The translations under genes and the position numbers were made by a program. Source: Nageia nagi (taxonomy: Eukaryota; Plantae; Pinophyta). From it: a stretch of 64,000 bases of DNA. The stretch lies in contig JBITNC010000001.1 in NCBI GenBank assembly GCA_050084985.1, forward strand, positions 130,138,001-130,202,000. The letters run 5' to 3'. Of the stretch, positions 50,691 through 62,226 are shown piece by piece (the stretch's first letter is position 1; every line of letters begins with the position of its first letter). The notes beneath the pieces are model-generated. The model was not told where the DNA came from, ran no database searches, and was given only the letters and a program-made list of their open reading frames with translations.

Positions 50691-52029
50691 ATCCAGCAAA
50701 TATTCACAATGCAAGAAGGGTTGAACCTGCATCTAACATGCCCCTGATGAATTCAATGATGTACCTACATGAAAAGCAAAAATTTGTTTAGTTTAAAATC
50801 TTGTGTGAAGCTCTCCCCCTCAAATGGGAAGGTGTGATGGATGATAAGATAAGACACTTGACTGTTTGATTGAATGGAGTAGGAAACAATAAGCATGAAT
50901 GAAGGTCTACAAAGTGTGAAAATGACATATTAGATCATCTTGATGACTAGAGTTACCAAGTCATCCAAGTGATTAGGGATCCTTTAGACGATCTGATTAG
51001 AAAAAAAAGAAAAATAAAAAAGCAAAATTAACACATTTACTATTCATTTTGACTTGTTCCTATTTTACCGAGCACTATGCAACCTGATAGTGAAAGTATT
51101 TGACTTAGCAATAGAAAGTGAGAAAATTAGAGGATATGGCCATTATGGGTATCAAAGGAGGTTCACCTAGAAGAGATCCATCGAGTGATGGGGAGGAGCC
51201 GACTCCCAAAAAGGTAGGGTCGAAACCTTCACCTTGTCATATATGAAAAGTTTAAACAATGATGTGTATAATAATTCAGTGTAGGAATAATACAATGGTA
51301 GTCATCCATGATATTAAAGTAATTTACAACTTGCATTCATTAGGCTGACACAATCGCTCGTGAGGACAACACCAACAATGACTATGTTGCTAGGGTTTAG
51401 TTCCTAACAATTAAAAAATCATAATAGTTGAAAAAAACCATTGTCAACGATGATTTGCTATATGCACATACAACTTGCTAGGGAACCCATTTTGACACTA
51501 ATGGGAAGAATTTTGATGAGCACAAGTTTTTGACCTGACACCTTAACAATTAGCTTTGACTTTCGATCATTTTATTTCCACTATGCTTAATAGATGTATC
51601 TCTTATTGCTTTTAATTGATGTATTTATATTGAATTTAGTAGGTTAAAATTTAAATTTTTTTATGCATAGGTTGTTTATTTTTTTCATAAGTTAGACTTT
51701 GCAAATTATCTTGATCTTGGATGATCCGATTTGGGGGTTGTTCAGGTGAAGGATGGTCATACAGATCATTTGAATGACTTGAATAGTCACCCAAAACTTA
51801 GATGACTAGGATAACCCAATTTCTCCTAATGAGATTGATTTTGTTTGAAATAAAACACATAAAAAAATGAAAAATAATACATAGATGAAAACTCAAATAT
51901 GTAACCTAGAGGACACATAGGATTGACATAGACATAGAGATCATTGACTTAGCAAATAAATATTAGAACATGACTTAAAAATGCTAAAATATCAAAAATT
52001 GTGCCACATGAAACTTTGGCACAAGATTT

Positions 52030-54310
52030 GACCTCTTTGGACAAAGGTGGCAATGGCATTGACCTAGGCAGTTTGGGATTAGATGAAGGCTGTGGGGCTC
52101 ATAGGAGCTGTGAAGATTCTCCCTATCAAGGGAGATAGCTGGTACATGATCATGCTTAGGAAGTGTTTTGATCCAAATCAGTGTAGATTCTTGCTCCCAA
52201 CAAGGGAGATGATAGTGACATTGGAGGACATCTATTAGATATTCAGAGTGTCATTCAAGGGAGAGCATATCAGTGTGGCCACAAAAAGGATGGTCATCAG
52301 ACCGTACCTCAAAGAGGGATATGGGACATGGAACCTTACCAATGTAAGGGTACTAGGTGATCCATTATACCATCAAGAATGCTTCAAATGGAGAGAGGTG
52401 ATAGCTATGCTATTGATTTCATCATTTGTACTTCCAGATTCCTTGAGACCTAGGTTCCCTTGGAACATGTTCGAGGTTATCACTAGGATGGTCCAAGAGA
52501 GGATGGTATTTTCTTAGGGATCAATGCTACTAGCATAGACTCATGAAGAGCTGGCAGTAGCAGCCAAAGGTAGATGTGGAGTGAACACAACTCTACTACT
52601 CTAGGTGTGGGCCTAGGAGCATATTCGACCTAAGAGGCCAAATAGACTATTGATCATCGTACATAGGTTGAAGATGATGGGTAACATCCCCCTAGTTATA
52701 GAGATAGAGCTACCCTATGATCAACATTGGGAGAATGAGTAGGAGAGATCTCAAATATGCCCTCATGAGGGAAACATTGACTGGTACAAGGCTATGTTGG
52801 TAGGACTACAACTGCAAGACATTATCTACCAACCCTACTAGGGAGGACCAACATGGAAAGAGAACATGGTGTAGCTAGCTCACACATATAGGACATGACA
52901 CCTTAGGGGGTGCCACATCAAGGACATGGAGATTTTTAGGTTTGAGAGAGTCCAACACTAGCACAGGCTAGTATAGGATGTCCCTCTTGATTTAGTACTA
53001 TATGAGAGGGTAGACAAGGAGGCACCAACATGATTGAGATTGGCATAAGTAGAGCTAGATGCAGCACTATATGCACTACTAAAGAGGGCAACAGGTGATG
53101 ATGTAGGCACCATGCTTGGCTATGATGCATGGTGGGCACCATAGCAAGATTAACTACCATAGAGAGGAGCCCCAATAGTAGACCCATGGGCCCTTGAGGG
53201 AGGAGTTAGCCCAAGGGCTAAGGAGGAGGTGGTTGAGGAGGCCAGAGAAGAGGAGGAGGTCAAGGACAAGGATGATGCCTAGGGTGAAGGGGATGATGAA
53301 GAATAGGGTGTCCCAAATAATGTTGAGGTACATGATGCTCATGAGATGGACATGGATGTCCTAGAGTAGCCATATTAGGAGGAGGGGGAGAGTTAAGGAC
53401 CCCATGATTTGATCTTAGAGAGCTCAATACTTAGATGGTTGAGTTACATATAGAGAGGGATGGATTGTAGGCTCAGGTTAAGGAGCTATAAGCCCAGCTA
53501 GCTATTGAGTAAGTAGTAGAAGGATTTACCAACATCCTCCAAGGTCAATTGAAGGTAGAGCAAATTGCTAGGGTGATATTAAAGGGATGGGGTAGCACCC
53601 TATAGGGTAATATGCAAACCCTATTACTTATTTTTGCAATGGTGGTGAGAGAGAGAGAGAAATGCTCTTAAAGTATAGGATGATGAGGCATGGGCTCTGG
53701 TGTTGAGATCAACACCTTGATTGAGGTGCTAGTGATAGGCCTAGGTGACAAGGTAGGACTATTACAAATGCAATGATCCATACGAACCCACTAGAGATGA
53801 GGCCCTCTACAGTGCAGAGTAGCATGTTAAGAAAACTCATTTGGGCATTGGATGAGGTGGAGATGGCCACCATCAAAGCATTAACATGGAAGAGGTAATT
53901 GCTAGAGGCAAGGTTAGTTCCTATTAACCTAGAGACCTCTATGATTACATCCATAGCTCCAAGCATGTCTCATAGTGTGGCAATGAGTCATCGTAGTGAG
54001 GGGAACTTGGTTCGATAGTCAACACTAGTACAGGTCATGAATACAAAGAATACTACTACAAGCATCAATACAAGTGCAGAGGTAGGGAAAGATGGGCTTA
54101 TTAGATGATCCATATCATAGAGCAAGGTTGTAGGAGAGAGTATCCCTGACCTCCTCTAAGGGTAGATCAATTTTCTAGGTCACCTCCCTCAGCTAGATAG
54201 AGAAGGACCATATGAGAGAGCATCCCTACATAGGCCTAGGTAGAGGGATAGGGTGAGATTAGCACTCCCCCTAGCTAACGATAGAGGTAGAATGACCCCA
54301 CACCCTAGAG
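52030..54310 (+). pseudogene. Antisense extra ORF of element F with a plant mobile domain (PMD, aminotransferase-like; MAIN/MAIL-related), decayed
   Basis: CFDPNQCRFLLPTREMIVTLEDIY*IFRVSFKGE (PMD consensus ERW...TFHLP.GEMTITLEDV..ILGLP..G) and FS*GSMLLA...TLLL*VWA*EHI (consensus WG...LA...LLQ.WAWEH). Followed by acidic, coiled-coil and S/P-rich tails. Confidence 0.82.
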
Positions 54311-54600
54311 GTGTGTATTTTAATAGGATTATGTATACCAATTTTGGCATTAAAACATTTGAGATCATGTACATGCATTTTGAGATTGATAGTTCATACT
54401 TAGAACTATATCTTTAGTATAATTTGGAATGTACATGACTAACATGTATATTTTTATGACATTTATGATATATGATGACTCATAGTTTTACCTATATGGG
54501 TACTTGATGTTGTGAATGAATGTATGTATGTTTATTTATAAGTGATGGATGCAAATCAAACTATGAATGTATGCAACACTACATGGATATAAGTAGACAT

Positions 54601-54810
54601 AAAATAAACTTTAAAATGAACCTAAAATGAACACTTATAAGACACTTAAAATGGACACTGCTAAAAGAATTATAAATTGACCTAAAATGAATTATAAAAT
54701 GAATTTCAAATGAACTAAAATGAACCCTTAAAGGAACACATAAAAAACTTTAAAATGAACTTAAAGGAACACTTAAAGTGAACCTAAAAGAAAGACCTAA
54801 AATGAACCTA
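54601..54810. repeat. Degenerate 11-13-bp minisatellite (TAAAATGAACC-like) in the 3' region of element F
   Basis: Many successive variants: taaaatgaacc, taaaatgaacact, taaaatgaatta, taaaggaacac. Confidence 0.8.
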
Positions 54811-56934
54811 CATGTTTAAATACATCATCAAAAAAATGAACTTGCATATCTAAACACATAAGTAATGAACAAAGAGACAAACATAAAATAATAATGAATG
54901 ATTGATCACAAACAATAAAAATAATGACAATGAATTATAATGGTAAAAATTACAACAACAAATGATAAAACATAGCTAAAAAAGACATAAAAGGATAAAC
55001 ATTATAAAAAGACACACCTAAAACATAAGTGATCAAAAAAATAGGTAAACAATACATCTATGGTAGTAAACACAACTTAAAAGTCAAGAAAAATAAGCCA
55101 AAATGATACCAAAATTTTGCCATAATAGTGTGTAAAATGAGGTGGGGACACATCGTAAAGATACCACCTGAAATACTTGATTTATGCTGATAATGAAAAA
55201 CACAATGATAAACATGATCAAGATATTACCACAACATGACCAAATTGGACCAAAACTGAAACAAAGCAAAAATGACACTTTCAAAAAAGTGAAAAATTGC
55301 TAAATTCAATGGACCACAACAATTGACTATGTTTATGATTTGAAAACCTATCTTGATGATATGGTAGATGGTTATACCGTCTAAGTGCAAGATCAAATGG
55401 TTAAAAAAATGGAGGTTATTTGGCCTATTTTTGAAAGTGAAATAGAAGGCTACCTAGACTAGGGTTACAACCCTTCAGTTCTCATTGAAAGTAAGTTGTT
55501 ACGAGCAACCTTGGAAATGACTTACAATAATTGATCAAATGTTGAAATTGGACTATGAAATTTGACATAACAGCTATGTTTACATAAGTGAAGGACTAAG
55601 AAAAGATAGATCTAAAAATGAACATCATTTGATGCATCAAAATGAAAAATAAAATAGCCAACTTTTATAGGGGTCAAATTTTAAGACCTTCCCTAAAACC
55701 AAACAAGGGATGAAATGACTCAAAATGGTATGACATGATATGATAAGACCTAATGAGATGAAATATGACCAAATTACAAATCAAGATGATAATCTGACCT
55801 AGGTCGATATGGTAGGGTGCTCACATGCACAGACATGAAGGGCCAACTTTGGACTCTAAGTAAATAGGCAAGATGATTGAAAATGAATGAAACTAACTTC
55901 CTAATGACAACTGAATGAGTGTGAAATTGACAGTTTTTCAAATCATCAATGCTAGATGTAGTTACAAAAGATAAATGAAACCAAATTTTGATAAAATGAT
56001 GAATGATTAAACACGATGAAAATATACAAAATGCAACAAAAGAACAAATGATAATGCATAGGACCTCAAAATCATCATAAAAGAGACACATGGAAATGAA
56101 ACTAGGATAATAAAGGCTTGCATCACTAAATTGACATATGTACACAGAGGTCACAAGTCACAATAAGGTCCTAGGATATTTTCCTTAGAAGCCATGATAG
56201 TTTGTAGTCTATGATCAATCCCAAGGGAGTGATTTATCAAAAAATTGAGACCCAAGTGGTTGTATCCTCATCAAGAATCCATGGATCATGGATGTGAAAA
56301 TGCTAGGGATGGGGTCTTTACGCAAGTAGAATACAAAGGACCTAATGCAACAAACAAGACAAGGAAAAGGCAACAAAAACAAAATAAAATGCTAATGAAA
56401 GCAAAAAAATTGATCTAACTAAGTTATTTTGGGGCTGACTTCCATGCATGTCTAGGATTGTGCTTGCTTTATCATAAAATGATGATAATGTCCAACAGCC
56501 CTAACTCAGATGAGAATGAAAAAGTGGGGAATAACATGATAAATGCAATATGGTGACAAAAAATAGAAATGACACAATGATATAATGATTGAAACATGAT
56601 GGAAAGATGAGTGACTGGTGGCTGCCATGCATCCAAAAAAGGTAGGAAGACACTAAAAAGTGGAGAACCAAGTATTGACTCCCAATGACATGATAAAAAA
56701 GAAAATAAATTGGTGAAATAAAAGAAGTGATAGATACACCTAAGCCCAAGAGAATGGCTACATGTAAGCCATCCCTTAACACCTAGGGTAGATAAAAGAG
56801 TAACTAGAACATGATAACATGTTGCGATAAATAAATCCAAGATGATAAGATAAGATGCAAGCACAAACAAACTAAGCCACCAAACCAAAGATAAATACAC
56901 AATAACAAACAAACATAAATCAAGAAAAGTAGAC

Positions 56935-59900
56935 TAAATGTATAATGGATGAAGATGAAGGATATTAATGGGCTCCATCTCTTCATGACCCTCTAGATTT
57001 GCCAAATGATAAGCACTTATGCTAAATTTCTTCTTGATTATATAAGGTCCTGACCAATTAGGTGCAAACTTATCTCTAAGGAATCTCTCAAGCTGTGACT
57101 ACTGTTGATTTTCCTTAAGTACTAAGTCAATAATTTCAAACTCTCTAGGTAAAACCTTTTTGTTGTATATCCACTTCAATCATTCCTGATAAACCTTATG
57201 ATGTTGGATGGCATTGACTTGTCTCTCATCAAAAGGATTATCTAGTCTAACTAGTCTTGCCTAGCTTCCTCATCAAGAATGAGGCCTTGTAACTAAACTC
57301 AAAGAGATGAAATTTCTAGCTAAAAAGGCATGATTGCTTCAGCACCATAGAATAATAAGAATGTGGTAGCTATAGTGGGCATCCTAATGCTAGTACAATA
57401 GGCCCACAAGGCATAAGGGAGACACTCATGCTAATTTCTATGGTTTTTGTTAACCATCTTCTTCAAAAACATGATAATGGTTTTGTTAGATGCTTCTTCC
57501 TATTCATTACCCTGAGGGTAGTATGAAGTAGAGAAGGAATGCTAAATATTGTAATCATTGCATAGTTCCCTAACATGTTGATTCTTAAAAGGCAACCCAT
57601 TATTTGATATAATTGCATGCAAGATGCCAAAGCAACAAATGATACAGGTGTCAATAAAATTGGCAATCTTGGGACCAGTAGTAGACATAAGTGGTTCAAC
57701 TTCAACCCTATTGGTAAAGTACTTAGTTGTAGTAATTATAAAATTATTTCCACTTGAATATGGAGGGAAAAATTAATCTATGAGATCAAAATTCCACTAT
57801 AAAAAAGGCTATAAATACTGAATGGGGTTAAGGGCATGATCAAGAAGATGCTGCAAATTAAAATGCTATTGGCACTTAACACATTTTTTGATGTATTCTT
57901 AACAATCCTTTTCCATATTTGACTCAATAATATTCCATCCTAAGAATACATTTAGCAATGGTCATTCCATTTAAATACCCATCACAAATATTGTTATGAT
58001 AAGTTTGTATTACTATTTGTTGGTCAAAAAGCTCTAAGCATCGAAGGAGGACACCATCATATGATTGCTTGTAGATTACATCCCCTAGTATGGCATGCTA
58101 GGAGGATTTCTACTTGAATGTTCTTTTCTCATTGACTAACAAGTTAGGTTACATGGCATTCCATTTAAGATATTCATGCAACTACTTATACCACAAGTCA
58201 TGATGCTCAATTATGATCTCATTTACTAAGGATAAACCCTGAAGTAAAGGCAAATTAAGAGTAGCTTCCTTCAAAGTCACAATCTCAACATGTTGAATAT
58301 GCCTATGAGGGTTAAGAGGGATAAGAGATCTTAGGGATGCCATAGTGTCTACAAATTGATTAGATGACCTAGGAGTACTCTCAATCTTTTAGGATTTAAA
58401 TGAATTTAACAAACTTAATATCATATCTCTATAAGTCTTCAAAAGCTCATTATGACATTGGGAACTACCCAAAATCTAATTAACTATCAACTGAGATTCA
58501 TCATAGATGAGCAACCTTTCCAATTTGAGCTCTAAGATTACCTTAAGACCCAAGATAAGTTCCTCATACTCTGCATTGTTATTCGTACATAGGAAGTCTA
58601 GCTTGAAGGAATACAGAATAGGGATGCCCTAGGGAGTGAAGAAAACAACTCCAACCCCTCCCCCTTATTCACACTTTGACCCATCAAAGTACATAGTAAT
58701 GTCATAGTATTCCTAAGTGTCTACTACTTCCTCAATCTTATCTACCTTAAAAACATCCTCATAAGGGAGGGTGATCTCAAGAGGAGTAGTTATCTAGGCA
58801 AGTGGCTCTACTTGCTGATTAGCTATGACTTGACCCTTAATGGATTTTTGATTGATGAAGATGAGATCAAACATGGATAGTAACATGATCCATTTAGTAT
58901 TTTGTGTATTATGATACACCTTGCTCATCATATGTTTCAATGGATTAGCCCTAGAAATGACATAGGTAGTATGATTCAACATGTGACATCTCAACTTATT
59001 AGTAGCAAAGACAAGGGTGAGATAAACCCTCTCAATGTAGACATACCTAAGCTCATAATTGATAAGTGTATGCCTGAGATAATATATAGCTTGCTCCTTT
59101 GCATGATCATTTTTCTATGCAAGCATGAATTCTAAGGCAAAGTTAGTGGTCAAAAGATATAAGTGAAAGGGGATACCCTATCTAGGTGGAATGAGAATTG
59201 GAGGATTGAGTAGGTATTGCTTGATGTCATTAAAGGCCTTTTAATAACCCTCATTCCAATCAAATTTCATTCCCTTCTTAAGGATCTCATTAAATTAATG
59301 AGACTTGTCAGATACCTGAGCTATAAACCTTTTGATGGCCTAAATTTTTCCCTAAAGACTCCTTAAAGTCTTGATGTCATGTGTTGGAGGCATACTACTA
59401 ATTGTTATGATTTTATTAGGATTAACTTCTATGCCTCTCTTTGAAATAATGAATCCTAGGAACTTACCTGAGGTGAAACCAAATACACACTTCCTATGAT
59501 TCAATATGATATTATGCTTAAGTAACCATTGGAAGACCTTCTCTAAAAATTTCCAATGCTGATCTCTTATTCTAGATTTGGCTAATAAGTCATCCACATA
59601 GTCCTCCATGATGTCATGCATAATGTCATGGAAAACATATGTCATGGCTCTTTGATAAGTGGCACCAACATTCTTAAGTTTTAAAGGCATGACTTTATAG
59701 TAATAAGTCCCCCAAGGTGTAGTGAATGCAATCTTATGTTGGTCATCTGGGGTAATCCAAGTCTGATTATACCCTAAGAAGCCATACATGAGGGATAACA
59801 TCTCATAACCAACTATATTGTCCACTAGAGTGTCTATGTTAGGTAATGGAAAGTCATCTTTTGAACAAGTTGCATTAAGATCTCTAAAATTTATGCAAAC

Positions 59901-60300
59901 TCTAAGACAATCCTCAAGCTTACCAAATAGAACCATGTTATACACCCATTAGGGATAATCAATAGAATGGATGAACTTGGTGTCTAACAACTTCTAAATT
60001 TTCTTCCTGAGTTTGAATTGACTTTATAGGGTCTATCCTCCTAGGTTTTTTCTTGATAGGTTTTGCATTTGGCCAAGTAACAATATTGTGAACTACAACA
60101 TTGGGATCCATCCTAGCATATCCCTATAACTATAGGAAAAACCCTTAGTATACTTCTTCAATAGTTTTATGCCCTTGGCTTTTTCTGACTCATCTAAGAC
60201 ATCCCCCAAGTAAACTATCTTAGGGTTTACAATATAATCATTGATATTGATCTCAACTAAATTTTTGATGTGCATGTGGGAGCCATCTGTTGGGTATGTT
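56935..60300 (-). pseudogene. Decayed pol of element F (RT-RH-aRH-INT)
   Basis: RT LRVCINFRDLN...KDDFPLPNID...YVDDLLAKS; aRH ITMYFDGS...CTNNNAEYEELILG; INT end AYHLANLEG...EPINILHL. Confidence 0.92.
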
Positions 60301-60308
60301 TCATCCTT

Positions 60309-61151
60309 TGTAAAGGAAATATCATGTACAACTATGTTTTTATGTAGGTAAGAAACGAAGGTACTTTTTTGCTCCAAATGGGACGAAATTTTACTTGTAG
60401 ATTTTACACATCCATACCTTTCCAACGGTATAAAGAACGCATAAAATGGAGCTCTGAGTCAAAAGTTATGACTTCTACAAGTTGGTTGTTTTTATAGGGA
60501 CTGCAACTACGTTTTCCAGGGGATACAGTTGGACAAAATATAATGGGTGGTTTTAACCCATGGTTTTTATGCTCATTGTATTGTAATAATACTATGTGGT
60601 TTTTTGTATGGATTTATCTTATAAATATGGTAGTGTAATATGCATCAATTATCCTTTGGATCAATGCTTTTGCCTTGGGTTGGGCATGGAAGAGCATGAT
60701 GGAGTATCCTAGAAGGATCTTGGATTAGTGTGTATGCCCTAGGTTGGGCATGGGAGCACATGATGGTGGATCTTAGATTAGATCTTGAGAGAATCAAGTA
60801 TGCTCAAGGTTTGGGCATGGCACATGGTGATAGTGTGTGGTAATGCCTGTGATGGCATTATGGAAGGATGTCCATGGAGGCATTGCTTGTAATCATGGTG
60901 GAGTGATTGTATTATGGGTGAAGAAGAAATCCATGTTTGAGGAGCCTGCTGGGAGATGGAGAGAAGAGGGTGTTGCAGCAAGATTGTTGTTTGGTTCTTC
61001 TTTCATTGTAATTTGTAATTGCCGGAATAATGGAATTACTATGTTGGTGCTTCTCGAAGGATGTAACTCAAAGATTTGAGTGAACCTTGTTAAATTTGGT
61101 GTTCTTCTTTTGTCTGCATGATTTAGTTCTGTTGTTAATTAGTTTGCTTCA
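60309..61151 (+). mobile_element. Solo LTR (843 bp) inserted into element F
   Basis: TGTAAAG...GCTTCA. Interrupts the F frame just upstream of RT, has internal ~65-bp repeats (TTGGGCATGG x3) and retains CpGs. Only CTT is shared on both flanks. Confidence 0.72.
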
Positions 61152-62226
61152 CTTAAATCAGAATGGTAAATCCCAACACCATCCTCTAAGTACTTGAAAA
61201 TGGGAATGTTTGGATAATCATCCTTATCCAAACTATTAATGAAGGAAGCTGAATTAGATGAGTCAGCTTCATCAAGGAAATCAACAGCAAAAGAGACATT
61301 ACATATATCAAATGTCATACCCAACAAAGGCAAAGAGTGATCCATGAATAAAGGACTGACATAATTGTATGAGGAGCAATCCAAAAGAGGGAAAAAATGT
61401 GACACACCATCGATAAAAACCATCAAAATATCCAACAAAGGGCCAACTCATAGTTCATGGTAGAAATTATTAGGAATGGAACACTCAAAAGCATGAGGAA
61501 TGGATGAACCAAAACATAAATGGATGTCATGCTTGTCATCATGTTCCATCTCCCCTATTGGAAGATTAAGATCAACAACTTATTCTTAAATAGGTTTAAG
61601 TTTAGGGCCACAAAACTCTAGACCACTCTTATCTCAATCATATTAAAATAGAATAGGAAAAGCATGAACTTGTCCCTACTCATATTTTCCTAGGCCATAC
61701 CCTTACCATTTCCATTTAGTAAAGAGTTTACCTACTAAGTCAAGACATGAAAGATATTCTATTTTGGCATAAAATGTCTCCTTGAGATAATGTTCTAGGG
61801 GAATGTCCTAGGGTGAATCCACTCCTGCATAAACAAAAAAAGATAGGTTCGAACACAAGCCTAGTGGGATGAGAGAGCTAAGAGCAAGTGGGGATTCTGA
61901 AAGTCTCCTCAAGTATTTTATAGGGGGAATAGTAAAAAATACATCATAATTACAATATTCCCCTTTACAAAAAATTCATACTTGATGACCTCATAAGATG
62001 GTGAAATGACCAAGCTAACAGGATGTTGGTCAAGAGGATCAGGCCCAACCTAAGAGGAAGAGCGCTCTTCTTCCTATAATGAAGCAAAAACCAAATAGGA
62101 GGAAGACATATGGAATTGACCAATTGGAGCGACATGATGATAGGATGGCTAATCACATATAAGGATGGGCATGGACTAGATCTTAGGATTGCAATAAGGT
62201 CACACAAAATCCTTAGGTGACTTACC

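Larger units (their letters stand above)
48717..62226 (-). mobile_element. Element F: Ogre/Retand-like Tat LTR retrotransposon (3' portion), with nested insertions
   Basis: 3' LTR 48717-49893, PPT AAAAGGGGGCAAC, 7-kb 3' region, INT ~58100-56935, aRH ~58700-58330, RH ~59250-58780, RT ~59990-59350, G-patch ~61740-61660. Interrupted at 62227. Confidence 0.88.

Noticed and set aside
55774-56986. Hydrophobic 126-146-aa minus-strand ORFs resembling membrane or env proteins
   Set aside because: They arise from the T-rich strand of a skewed retroelement 3' region. Overlapping frames are equally hydrophobic and no motif is present.
60093-61438. ORFs 60093-60425 and 61139-61438 as genes
   Set aside because: Chimeric read-throughs across the solo-LTR junctions into element F pol and spacer.
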